The notes under the pieces were generated by a model. That model was not told where the DNA came from. It did no database searches and was given only the letters and a program-made list of their open reading frames with translations. From Octopus bimaculoides (taxonomy: Eukaryota), in NCBI RefSeq assembly GCF_001194135.2, contig NC_068990.1:55727527-55782501 (forward strand): a DNA stretch of 54,975 bases, in the 5' to 3' direction. A program made the position numbers and the translations under genes. Of this stretch, positions 36,829 through 48,869 are shown one piece after another (positions within the stretch are counted from its first letter, which is position 1; each line of letters starts with the position of its first letter).

Positions 36829-37205
36829 TAGGCGCGTGCTTACCAACCACATGGTTCTGGGTTCAGTCCCACTGCGTGGCACCTTGGGCAAGTGTCTTCT
36901 ACTATAGCCTCGGGCCGACCAAAGCTTTGAGTGGATTTGGTAGACGGAAACTGAAAGAAGCCCGTCGTATATATGTATGTGTGTGTATATGTTTGTATGT
37001 CTGTGTTTGTCCCCCCAGCATCGCTTGACAACCGATGCTGGTGTGTTTACGTCCCCGTAACTTAGCGGTTCGGCAAAAGAGACCGATAGAATAAGTACTA
37101 GGCTTACAAAAGAATAAGTCCTGGGTCGATTTGCTCGACTAAAGGTGGTGCTCCAGCATGGCCACAATCAAATGACTGAACCAAGTAAAAGAGAAAAGAG
37201 TAAGA
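36829..37205 (+). mobile_element. SINE family A, young copy with a short 5' deletion
   Basis: CpGs retained (gcccgtcg, cggttcggc); collinear with 48870-49395. Confidence 0.9.
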
Positions 37206-37418
37206 GTATAGATGCAAAACCTTTTCTGTTGACTGAATGTGTATACGAATTCGTTTTGTCCTCTGTTCTAATATAATGACAACTGCTCGCAGTAAACCTG
37301 GTTCTGTCTGGACAAGTTATATTGGAGACTTTGTCATGTATCTGTTCTCTTTCATTATTCGGTTAACTCTTTCAAAAAAATCGACCAACGCAAGCACATT
37401 GTAGAGGATGGATGAAAG

Positions 37419-37475
<57 letters not shown>

Positions 37476-37698
37476 CATAATACAATATATACAAGTGCGT
37501 GCGTGTGTGTGTGTGTATGTGTGTGTGTACATAGATCTATGCATTTGTATTTGTGTATGTACGCATGTATAGTTCTTAGGGATTTGTTTCAGTTTTTTTT
37601 TTCTCTGCAGAATTCAAGTTGGTCGTTAACAAAATGATAAAGCACTTCTGTCGAATCAAGACAGCTCTTGTAGTTTGTAGTTATTCGAATTGGTTGAC

Positions 37699-37741
<43 letters not shown>

Positions 37742-38241
37742 CGGGGGTTTATGCTTGCGTGTGTGTATGTATATGTATGTGTGGATAAACTTGCACTCAT
37801 TCAATTAGTGTGCATGTCACTTTAGCACACAAACGTGTCTTTCATTANNNNNNNNNNNNNNNNNNNNNNNNNNNNNNNNNNNNNNNNNNNNNNNNNNNNN
37901 NNNNNNNNNNNNNNNNNNNNNNNNNNNNNNNNNNNNNNNNNNNNNNNNNNNNNNNNNNNNNNNNNNNNNNNNNNNNNNNNNNNNNNNNNNNNNNNNNNNN
38001 NNNNNNNNNNNNNNNNNNNNNNNNNNNNNNNNNNNNNNNNNNNNNNNNNNNNNNNNNNNNNNNNNNNNNNNNNNNNNNNNNNNNNNNNNNNNNNNNNNNN
38101 NNNNNNNNNNNNNNNNNNNNNNNNNNNNNNNNNNNNNNNNNNNNNNNNNNNNNNNNNNNNNNNNNNNNNNNNNNNNNNNNNNNNNNNNNNNNNNNNNNNN
38201 NNNNNNNNNNNNNNNNNNNNNNNNNNNGATGGGTGTTGTAG

Positions 38242-38273
<32 letters not shown>

Positions 38274-38351
38274 GAAGAAAAAGAAGAAGAAGAAGAAGAA
38301 GAAGAAGAAGAAGAAGAAGAAGAAGAAGAAGAAGAAGAAGAAGAAGAAGAA

Positions 38352-38490
38352 CTGTTTCAAATTTCAGCAGAAGGCCAGTAATTTTGAGGAGAGCGAGTTA
38401 ATCAATAACTTCGACCTCAATACTCGACTGGTAGTATATTTTACTTTATCAACTCTGGAAGGATCAAAAACAAAGTTGACCTTGACGGAA
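38352..38490 (-). mobile_element. SINE family B fragment
   Basis: aggccagtaattttgaggagag...gacctcaatactcgactggta...caaagttgaccttgacggaat. Confidence 0.65.
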
Positions 38491-38494
38491 TATA

Positions 38495-38985
38495 AGGAAC
38501 ATTTGAAAGGCGTTGACAGGCTATCACGCTCTGTGACTCTGGGATCGTTAAGGAAAACTGACTGATGATGAAATGGCGAACGAAAGCCAGAGAAAGTCAT
38601 GTACAGAAAGTGCCGTCAGTGAGATAAGAGTGAGCATGGAGTTTTGCAGAAAAATAATCGTGTTGATAGGTGTCTTTCTCAAGACTTGGTTACCATAGGA
38701 GAGCAGTTTAAGACGTGACGCAAGTAGGAGAATCTGTATGGCGATGACCCGGTTCTTATAATCGATTCTAGTGGACAACCAAAGAACACGGAAGCAAATA
38801 TTAGAATTCAGAGGTCTTAAAGTAAGGCTAACCTAGACAAATTTTTAGGAATAAAGAGAGGAATAAATGGAGGTGGAGAACCTTGTCTCCATTACTGAAT
38901 CAGATGGACAGCTACAGGACGTGGAAGCAAAGACTAGAATCCAAAGATCTTAAAAGTAAACCTAATAATGACAAAAATTTTATGA
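38495..38985 (+). pseudogene. Decayed reverse-transcriptase fragment of an RTE-like LINE, last block duplicated
   Basis: Broken motifs in the expected order: (DLEKAF)DR.SRS..LGSLRK, MYR/AVSEIRVS, LYGDDPVLI (YADD), then KQILEFRGLKV and again LVSITES..WKQRLESKDLK. Confidence 0.7.
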
Positions 38986-39419
38986 AGGGAAATATAGTTG
39001 CAGAACAAGAATGTGACGGAAGATAAATGAAGAAACAATAGTAAAAACTAATTTCAGGGGGAAATGGGGCGTGGGAGAAAATCTGACCAACCAATACATA
39101 CATACATACATACATACATACATACATCGCACCTATACCCTCCTACACAACCCCTCGTTCACATACACATACACACGCACACACACAAAATACACGCATA
39201 TACACTCACACACATACATCCACGCACACGCAGATGAACCCACACATACCCCCCATACACACACAGCACACACTCACACAATTATACATACATGTACTCA
39301 CACACGCACACACACACAGAGTAAAGTACAATTACTCCATAGACACAACCTCACGCGTACGCACTGGAAACAAAACTCACACACACTACATATACATATA
39401 CGCACACACACACACACAC

Positions 39420-39584
39420 ATGCTTCAAACTACCTGTACCTTTCTACTGACCATTCTCCTACGAAGTTAAAAAATCTTTTTGACTAAAACACAACCGGGA
39501 CCCTAAGTAAGGCATGTGTAAAATTTGAATGAAATTGGTTGTGTAGTTCTGGAGTTTTAGGGATTCACACACACACACATTCTC

Positions 39585-39640
<56 letters not shown>
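39420..39640 (+). mobile_element. Possible Helitron/Helentron-associated non-autonomous element, 3' end
   Basis: aaatttgaatgaaattggttgtgtagttctggagttt...(ca)n-attctcaattttatatat resembles the 3' architecture of DINE-1/Lep1-like elements; recognised by resemblance only. Confidence 0.4.
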
Positions 39641-39646
<6 letters not shown>

Positions 39647-40208
39647 AGGCAAACTTACAATGTACGTGTCACAGATGTTTGTCATCCTTCCCATCCTCAC
39701 TTTTTTTAATTCTACAACAGTTTTTTTCTCTCTCGCTTTCTCTCTCACTGTCTAACTTCCTTCCCACTCTAAAACATAACGTACATATTTTCTCCTTCTG
39801 GTTCTATTTAAACTAGTAGAACTTTCAGAAATAGACAAACATCACCAGAAAAATACAAAAATTTTCGCTACTGTTATTTATATCGATTCATGAAATTAAA
39901 TACTTATGATTACTTAAACTGTGGATATAAGGAGAAAGATACACTATTTATATTTTGCCTACCAACTGATACAATATAGAGTGTTTATTTAATATCATTT
40001 TCCATAACGCATCTAGAATATCTAGTGTGTTTCGACAGTAGTTTCGAAGAAATATAATAACAAACCAACCAAAAAGAAAGAAAACACTCAAAACGGAAGA
40101 TAAAATGGATTTCTGAAAATATAATTACATTAGTTTCTTTTCTCTTTCTTTTTTATATTCTTGTTAAAACATAAAAATAAATTACTTGCTTCAAATTGTA
40201 ATTTTTAC

Positions 40209-40510
40209 GATAGGGTAGGTAGTTCGGAGATCCGGTTATCTTTACAGGCTTAGCCGCTACTTCTCCGCATTGAAAGGTCACAGCTTCGGTACTACGAACA
40301 TTTGACTAGAATGTTTACTGAAAAGAATCGCATGACGGATTCTTCAAGCCGAGCCATCCGGCAGGAGACCTAGGGGTAGGCCAAGAATGAAATAGTTGCA
40401 TAATATCCATAGTCTCAGTTGGTCACGTTTGGGAATCCAACCATGACAGTTGCTCCAAGGGATAGTGGGCGAAGATGGATGGATTATTACCACTTGTAAC
40501 ACGCTGAAAA
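40209..40510 (+). pseudogene. RTE-clade LINE ORF2 C-terminal fragment
   Basis: SSEIRLSLQA*PLLLRIERSQLRYYEHLTRM / RIA*RILQAEPSGRRPRGRPRMK*LHNIHSLSWSRLGIQP, a typical RTE motif series (ERSQLRW.GH..RM...R.RGRP). Confidence 0.85.
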
Positions 40511-40676
40511 TAACTGACATGAAATCTTAGGTATTGTGGGAAAATGCATATATGAATGAAGTCAAAATTGTATCAATTGATGATATAAAATATATACACA
40601 TATGTTGACGATTATACATGACTTTCAACAAAAACGAGTTCAATGTGAATTATATTTCGCTTGTTATGGTATAATT

Positions 40677-40891
40677 GGTTCCAAGTTTTGGCACAAGGCC
40701 AGCAATTTTGGGAGACGGGGTAAGTCGATTAGATCGACGCCAGTATTCAACTGGTACTTATTTTATCGACTCAGAATGGATAAAAGGCAAAGTCGACCTC
40801 GGCGGAATTTGAACCCAGAACGTAAAGACAGACAGAATGCCGCTAAGCATTTTGCCCAGCGAAGTAACGATTCTGCCAGCTCGCCGCTTTC
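40677..40891 (-). mobile_element. SINE family B, young copy with a perfect 15-bp TSD
   Basis: Flanked by tgttatggtataatt at 40662-40676 and 40892-40906. Confidence 0.92.
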
Positions 40892-40939
40892 TGTTATGGT
40901 ATAATTATTACATTATTCGACGAGGGCGCATGTCTACTT

Positions 40940-41175
40940 GTTCAGGTGTTGCACTTACGATCTCGAAATCGTGATTTCAATTCCTGGACCGAGTGGTGCA
41001 TTGTGTACTTGAGTAAAACACATCGTCTCATGCTGCTCCGCGAGCCCTTCGACACCTGACGTATGGTACATCGTGCATCTATTTAGGCAACGTCGATTTT
41101 GTGGAGGATGTGAGCTGATGTACAGCACGTAAACAAATCCTTTGTACAGGCTCAGCAAGAAATTGTCGAACCGTC
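40940..41175 (+). mobile_element. tRNA-derived SINE family E
   Basis: gtgttgcacttacgatctcgaaatcgtgatttcaattcctggacc (tRNA-like, B-box) followed by the CORE-like tgtgtacttgagtaaaacac. Confidence 0.55.
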
Positions 41176-41879
41176 TTTCTTGGACCACAAAAGACCACCA
41201 CTCATTACTTTAAACAGTATTTGAGAATTGATAGAAAATTCCTTTTTGAATTCAGTATCAGCAGTAAATTCTAAAATATTATGAAAATTATTTTTTTTAA
41301 CGTAATATACTCGTGAGACAGTTGATGAATTAATTAATAAGGTTCTATTGAACCATAATTATCTGAACTAGACGAACAGGGAATATTTTGTTCGTATGAC
41401 TGATTCTTATGATAATTTATCAAATCGTAAATAAATAGCCACAATGAACAATAACTACAATAAAAAAAAATGTGTTTTGTTTGTTAGCCAATCGATAAAA
41501 TGTATTCGTGGGCAAAGCCTTTTCACCACGATCCAGAAACTATAAAATCTGGGGTTTTTTTTTGTTTCATTGTCAATGCTTGCTTTACCTTTACAGGTAT
41601 GGTAAGAACATCAAATTCAGTTACTTTTAACAAATGACTACTCGGAACAAAGTTGTACAATGGGTGAAAAAGCCTTCGATTTTTATCATGCTTTTAAATC
41701 CTTCGACACAGGGCCCCTCACAGCCGAACCGTACAAAAAGAATAAATTTTAAAGTTTTATATGTATTTTTTTGACTATCGCAGTTTACAGGGTGTTTTTG
41801 CTTTATAAATGTCTCGTTTATGTAATGATTAAATGATATATTATGTACTTTATTGTGTTTTGTTATGCACGCGATCCCT

Positions 41880-41944
41880 TGGACCGTGGAAAAATTGTCT
41901 TGCATGAAACCGGTCTGTGATGCAAGAAAGGTTGGGGATCGATG
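41880..41944. mobile_element. Terminal fragment of a MER1/Charlie3-like hAT element
   Basis: ccgtggaaaaattgtcttgcatgaaaccggtctgtgatgcaagaaaggttggggatcgatg resembles the MER1 3' end (ccgtggaaaaattgtcttccacgaaaccggtccctggtgccaaaaaggttggggaccgctg). Confidence 0.65.
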
Positions 41945-41999
41945 CTTCTGCATACCAGTACCACGTGTGGAATATATCTGTTGACACATATACGGGTTT

Positions 42000-43500
42000 G
42001 AAGCTCTCTATATTTGGAGAGTAGCCGGTTGTTCTACAAATGTGTATGTGCATTTCTGTGTGGAGTTATAATCTGTAGAATCTGTATAATTCTGTTTTTG
42101 CCGGTCGCCGTCGCGACGTCGGGTATTCTCGTACCTCACACTACTGCTTTCCTCCGCAAAATCGGGATGATACCAACATATATGTATCTATTGATATATG
42201 CCTGTGTGTTTGTGTATATGTATACATATATACACACACGTCCACACATACTTTACTTGCCACTGCATTACAACATGCAGTTAGTTGTTCACATAACGGT
42301 AATTGTCTTTGCATAATGATCTTAACTGTTGCGTTGTTGTTGGCGAAAGCTAATGCTGAAAAGTGAGTTTAGAGATAGACAGATAGAATTCTATAATATC
42401 AAATTGCTTGAATTTGCGAGCCATTCTATTACAGATATACTGTTATTCTCTAATGAGAAAATAACTAGACTTCTTAAATTCTATATATAATATAATATAG
42501 TATGCGCTTATTAACTATATATAACTTTGTTTTGGCGGGGTTGATTAACTTGCATTTAGGATTTAAAGAAAATTAACTTTGTGATCATTAAATGTAGTGT
42601 ATGGTGCACATGAAGGCTAAATATTCTACGCTGTCATCTTATTGATATTATCAGAAGCAGGATCGGATTTAAACGGGGGGCACTTCAAATTCGGTGGTTC
42701 CCTTATACACAAGAATTAAAATCTTAGAAAATTACAAAATTTAAATCTCAAAACCCATCTATTTCAAATTATTGAATTTGATGAGTTAGCAGAGAAAGTT
42801 TAAATAAATGACTGAAAATGTCGCTTTATCGATACACTTTTTCAAAGTTCAAATTTCCTTTTTCACACATCCACTTGCGGTGAGGGAAGAGTGGGGTAGG
42901 AATTTTTTATTTTTAATGTGAGTTACATATGTTTCAGAATGTAGAATAAGATAAAATGACAGAAAATTACGAAAAAGAAAAAAAAAAAAAAATTTGTGGT
43001 TGTTGCTGTTCCAAAGGCATGAATGTGTGTGTGTGAGAGAAAGAGAAAAAGAGAGAGAGAAAGGGGGTTGAGATACCAACATTTAAGACATGGTTTAAAA
43101 AGTTCTTTTTTTTAAAACCGTTTCCCTTCATTGTTTTGCAATGCGTGAAAAAAAAAAAAAGAAGAAAAAGCAGGGGATACCCCGACAAAAACGGGGAAAT
43201 TCAAATAGCTAATTCCGAAAATCTGTTTTTCTAGTTTCCAGTAAGAGTAGGCGGGACACAATAGGTAATATTTACGGCATTTTTGACTTTGAAGAAAATA
43301 TATTTTTTATAAATGTTCACTACCTTGCCAAAACTATGTCAGCGAAGTAAAGATCTTCTCTAAATGCAGTAAAACTTATAACATATTCAGAACACTATTT
43401 CAGAAAATTATCAGTTCTCTTCGAGCGTATAAAAGACAAATTTTTGGCGGGGCAAAATGGGTAAGACGAGATAAGGTAAATATGCCCTTCCAATTCTCTA
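42000..43500. promoter_or_regulatory. Possible CpG-retaining promoter-like region with E2F-type motifs
   Basis: 7 CpGs in 42100-42123; tttggcgggg at 42531 and 43443; aggcggga near 43249; few SINEs. Confidence 0.3.
42316..42362 (+). CDS. Candidate first coding exon encoding a short signal-peptide-like sequence
   Basis: ATG...MILTVALLLAKANAE followed by the consensus donor aa|gtgagt. Confidence 0.2.
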
Positions 43501-43614
43501 GAATTAAATTTGAAGAAAAAGCCATACACATGAACTTTGAGAGAAAATTTCTTGAAAATAGTACCCGTCACCTATGTTTCAAACTCTCCCAACTTCAACA
43601 ACAACTATGTCAAC

Positions 43615-43905
43615 CAGGGGTTCTCAATCTTTTTTTTACCTGTGGACCCCTTTGATTCCTATTTTGCTCTTATGGACCACCTACTCATTTGATGTTTGAA
43701 AAATCCTATTGTATTTTTATAATTAAATATTATTAGGACTTGTATAAAAGTTGTTAAAATATCTTGTGTACTGTAGACCTATAACGAATTTCTTAACTAC
43801 TAAATTCTATGGAAACTCAATGTTCACAAGTAAAATGAGTCATAGATATACACGTATATATTTATTAAAATAAGATAGTACTTCAGTGTTAATTTCTTTA
43901 ATGCA
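43615..43905 (-). mobile_element. hAT terminal region (Charlie-type TIR caggggttctcaa)
   Basis: TIR starts at 43615 with subterminal gtggacc repeats; directly abuts the truncated transposase C-terminus. Confidence 0.65.
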
Positions 43906-45450
43906 AATCTGCGCTTCCCCACCAGAATAGTGGATACTTTGTAGCAGTGTCATTTCTTTTCCATGCATTATGTTCTCCATCTTTAAATCTTGCCTGAAAT
44001 ATTTCATCACTCTGCAATTCAATGAGATTCTCTTGCAAACAGGTATCTACATCAGCAACATTAACTTCAAAAAGAAATATCATCCAACGTGGTATATTTA
44101 GCTTCAGAAGGTCGTTAAACTGAGCTTGCATATCATTATGCAAGTTTTTCAAATGTTCAGTGTACAAGGTCATCATCGTACAGATTACTGTTAATTGATT
44201 CCAAACTAGAAATTTGTAATAATACACAACGTACAATATTTATTTTCTAGAGTTGTACTTTCCTTAGAAAAGCAGTAATCGCTCCTTTGGAGGATAGGAG
44301 ATCAGAGTTTTCTCCTTGAAGCTGTTTGTTAATCAAATTAATTTCATCAAATATATGTGATAAATAAAATATATCACATTTAGCTGCAGCCATTTGTTGG
44401 CTGAGATAGTCGTTAGCCAGAAACGAGACAATTGTGTACCAAAGTGCAAAAAAAAAAAAAAGCCAAAAAGAAAAAATAACTGGCACAGACCTTTTGATAA
44501 CCATCTCATCTCTGTGTGAATTACAAAGCGTTCAAGCTCTTCATTTTGATTACAGAATCCATGAAAGATGCGGTCTTGTAAATAATATTACAATATTAAG
44601 GGCAGATGTGCACTTAATTGTTTTGCAAGTAAGTGTTGCTGGTGTTATTACATAGTGTATACAAAATACAGAATTTGTTAAATAGGCAATAAAACTTCTG
44701 TATCTGATAATCATGGACGGAGCACTGTCATTAGCACAAGCTATTATATTTCTGAGGAGAATATTATGTTCCTCGAAATAAGTTACAACGTCTTTGAAAA
44801 TCGTTTCGCCTTTAGTGTTTGTTTTAAGACGTCTGGCAAAAAGCATTTCCTCTCTGGATTCATTACCACCCAAAAAAACGATCATATGCCAATAAAATAG
44901 CATTACTATCTCTCAGGGTAGATTCATCAAGCTGAAGAGGAAATTTCTGTACTTGTGATTTGGCTTCTAGTTGCTTTTCTACATCTTAGCCATTTCATCA
45001 ATGCACTGTGACACTGATGAGTTGCTTAAAGGAATCTTACAAGTAATTCCATTAACATTTTGTTTCATAAATGATGAAATTATGACAGATACCGCCGCCA
45101 AAATTACAGTTTCTCCAATATTATGGGGTTTCCCAACCTTTTCTATAATTTTAGAAATTTCATAGGATGCCAGCCAACCGCTATTATTTTTACATAATTG
45201 ATTACTAAATAACTGATTTACCATTTTTCTTGCTTGAAATTCATTGCGTAGTTTTCTAAAATATTCTACTGGATTCTTTTACTTGTCTTTGAGCCTGAAT
45301 GGATTTTAAGATTAGCTGACTTCATGCCATCATTTGACAGTACGTCCATACATATGGGACACATTGGTTTTGCTTCATTCTGTAGCGATAGAATAAGCCG
45401 TAAAACAGGTATTTAATGGAATACTGTACTGTCGTCATTTCTTCTTAGTC
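43905..45450 (-). pseudogene. Buster/Charlie-type hAT transposase fossil (ZBED5/SCAND3/FAM200-like family)
   Basis: Frameshifted but ordered motifs: KKK*RQYS, PMCPICMDVLSNDGMKSANLKIH (BED-like), ASYEISKIIEKVGKPHNIGET, IPLSNSSVSQCIDEMA, EEMLFARRLKTNTKGETIF, NIIACANDSAPSM, FCIHYVI, YLSHIFDEINLINKQLQG, HLKNLHNDMQAQFNDL, KYPLFW. Confidence 0.92.
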
Positions 45451-46016
45451 GGGGGTGGGGGAAGAATTTTGGTTTAAGCACCCCCATATAACGCCTCGTA
45501 ACTTTTCTATCTTTTGGAATTTTCAGAAAATTTTTGCGAATTTGTCTCCTACACATGGAAATTCAAAAGATTATGCAAATAAAAGTTTTGTGTGTGATTT
45601 AAGCAATTTAGCTGTTGTTTTTAGCACAACAAACCTGGTACCTTCCTCGTTTCTTTGTCACTATGATGCATTGATATTGGAATTTAAGCAAAAAGTTGTG
45701 AGTGTTTGTATTTTAAACTCTGATTTTTAAAAAGATTGAAAAGAAGTGGGAAATTTTAGGATTTATGGGATTTTAAAATATTAGAATTTTCTTTTTTGCC
45801 ATAAGCGTATGAACTCCAGTGCATAGAAAATAAATTTACAAAAATTTCTGAAAATTCCATAAAATAAAAGCCACGACCACCTGCTTCCTTCACTTCTACT
45901 ATTTGTATTTTTTTAAAGTCGGAGTTTAAAATATGGGCAGTCCAAATTTTTGGCTCAAATTCCATCTTTGGGTGAATCATCATTCCACTAAATGTGTTTA
46001 TGGGGGGAAAAATATT

Positions 46017-46231
46017 CTTTTCTACTCTAGGCACAAGGCCCGAAATTTTTGGGGAGGGGGCCAGTCAAGTAGCTCGACCCCAGTACGCAACTTATACTTA
46101 ATTCATCGACCCCGAAAGGATGAAAGGCAAATTCGACCTAGGCAGAATTCGAACTCAGAACGTAAAGACAAACGAAACACCGCTATGCATTTCACCCGGA
46201 GTGCTAATGTTTCTGCCAGTTCATTGCCTTT
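46017..46231 (-). mobile_element. SINE family B with a 16-bp TSD (1 mismatch)
   Basis: tggggggaaaaatatt at 46001-46016 and tggggagaaaaatatt at 46232-46247. Confidence 0.9.
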
Positions 46232-46918
46232 TGGGGAGAAAAATATTGATACATGCCAGTAACCAAGAAGCGAGGAGTATCAGGTGGTCGTGAGAGGCAC
46301 TAAAAATAACAGCTAAATCGCCCTTAAATCACACACAATGTTTTTCATAATCATTTGAATTCTCATGCGTAGGAGACAAATTAACAAAAATTTTCTGAAA
46401 CAAAATGATTTTTTGATTTTCCAAAACAAAAAAAAAAGTAATATGCAAACTGATTTAAGTGATGATAATTAACACCAATATTATATTGATCAGTAATGAA
46501 TTAAAATAATTGTAAATTTCTATCTTAGAACGTATTTTAAAATACCACTTATAAAAGGTATGAAAACTTTCTTACCTTTATCCTAAAAAAAAACTAACTT
46601 GGAGATCAGTCTTGTGAAAATATGGTGAAATCAACTTGTTGCTAAGAACTGATATTTCTAGCGTGAATTCTCTCTTTTCCTCTCTCCCCATCTCTCTCTC
46701 CTATATACACACACATATATGTATATGCACATATTTATATATACATACATACATACATACACAAACACACACACATATATATGCAGCCACACATATATGT
46801 GTATGCATATACAGACGTGTGTGTGTGTGTGCATAGATAGCTAGACAGACGGACAAATAGATAAATGTATGCAAAAATACATACAAAAACACACATATTT
46901 ATATATGTATATATACAT

Positions 46919-46987
<69 letters not shown>

Positions 46988-47663
46988 CACACACATGCAC
47001 ACACACATGCGTATATATAAGGATGTTTGTAGTACTATGGTCTTCAATAAATATTCTCTGGGGAGCAGTGAACCAGGCGGGGGTAGGGTTATTTGAGGCA
47101 AAAGTCCAAGTATGTGTGTGTGCATGTGTGTGTGCATGTGTGTATGTGTGTGTGTAATGCTTAATTACACATACCAACTGCATTTAACCAACTGATGTTG
47201 CCAGTCAATGTGTCTAGAGCACTTTTGAAAGAACTGTGTGTGTGTGTGTGTGTATTTTTTCAAACTGAGTGTGCAGCCTTTTGACTTTTGTTGTTTTTGT
47301 TTTTATTTTTGATTTGCTCATATACATACATACATGCATACATACATACATACATACATACACCGTGATTATTTTGGGTATCACTGACCTGCTATGCCTA
47401 CACTGTTCTTTGATACCAAAGCCAAGAATGTGTGTGTGTGTGTGTGTGTATGCATTCCTATAATTTTGTTGCTGCTGTTGTTGTTGACGTTGCATTTTCC
47501 CAGTATTATTTCTTTCATCTTTCTTGGGAATTCCCATAGGAATTTTACCACCAGCTTCATAGATATAAGTTTTGTTTTTCTTATATTATTTTTTCTTTAT
47601 TCTTGTTTTGAAAAGTAAAGTAGTAAATAAATTAGTAAAGACAGGATTTCTAGCAACATATTT

Positions 47664-47845
47664 CAGTAGTTTTTTAAAACAAGTTTCTTAGTCTCAATGC
47701 GCCATTGTACAGGGTCCACATTGAAAACTATTGGTCTAAAGCACAATTTTTCATGAGCCCTGAAAAATTATTGTGGACCTCGATTTATTGCATTTCAGCT
47801 GTGGATCTCCAGAAATTTTGTATGGATCCCAGTCAAGAATCCCTG
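47664..47845. mobile_element. Cluster of hAT-type termini / small MITEs
   Basis: cagtagtttttt (47664), ttgaaaactattg (47721-47733) followed by gtcTAaag, and caagaatccctg (ending 47845) followed by atgTAaag. Confidence 0.6.
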
Positions 47846-48869
47846 ATGTAAAGTATACTGACCAATTTTTACTCCCAACTTCGTAATCTATATGGAACAA
47901 ATTTTACTCCCAAAGATGATGTAATGGTACAAAATGAGAGAAAATTACAAAAAAATCAGAAATTATTCTTTTGACTCAATTACCTATTTTGCCCCACTTC
48001 CATATTGATAATTCCGAGTGCTTGACATAATGACAAAAAATATATGAAAAAAAAAAAAAGAAAGAAAAAAAGGTTCCATTTAATGAAACATTTGAATATA
48101 TATGCAATAATTCTGAAGCTGAAAAAGAATGCTTTTAGCTGTTGAGAGATGTAATTTTATAATTAAAACTAAATTCAAAAGTTTTCTTTACTTACTTCAT
48201 AAAATAAGACCACTTTAGAAGTAGAAATGTATGTGTGTGTGTGTGCCTTTAATTGCTACTGGTCAAACCAAGGTCAAGCTCAGTCATATGTTGAAAGAAG
48301 GAATTTGGCCTAGAGACAATAACATTTTTCTATCAATCTCTTTATCTTTATATACATTCATACTTACACACACACACACACACAAACACACATACACTCA
48401 CAGATACATACATACATACCTACATACATACATGCATACAAAGTCAAGATACCTTTATACATTGAAAAAGATCCCCTTCATGCTTGATTGCTGGGAAGTG
48501 GGGGTGGCCTTCCTGTATTGAGTGCTACATACCCTTTGTAGAAGGAGCCACCCAATATCTATATGGCCAGGGCAATTCACCCCTCCCTCCGCACCCCTAA
48601 AAATCTGGTCCTGAAGATTTATGAAATTATATGAATGTTTATTATTTTTATAATGTTGGTAATGTTATTGGATAAGAGACTATAATAAATTTCTGCCTGT
48701 TCCCTATTTTTTTTCTTTTTGTAGTCGATCCACGATACAGTAATTTTCTTGGCATTTCCTAGTTATTATAAACTCTTGTCAAAAGATGTGGATTTTCTTA
48801 AAATCTATACTTTGGGAAACTTGAAAAGAAAAGTCTCAAAGCAAAATAAACCTGAGTAATAACAGTATA

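Noticed and set aside
38560-38600. ctgatga...gaaa resembling a hammerhead
   Set aside because: Helices I and III do not form, and it lies within the RT fossil.
42658-48613. Possible paired TIRs caggatcggattt... and ...aaatctggtcctg bounding a 6-kb element
   Set aside because: The flanks share no target duplication; more likely separate fragments of a common MITE family.
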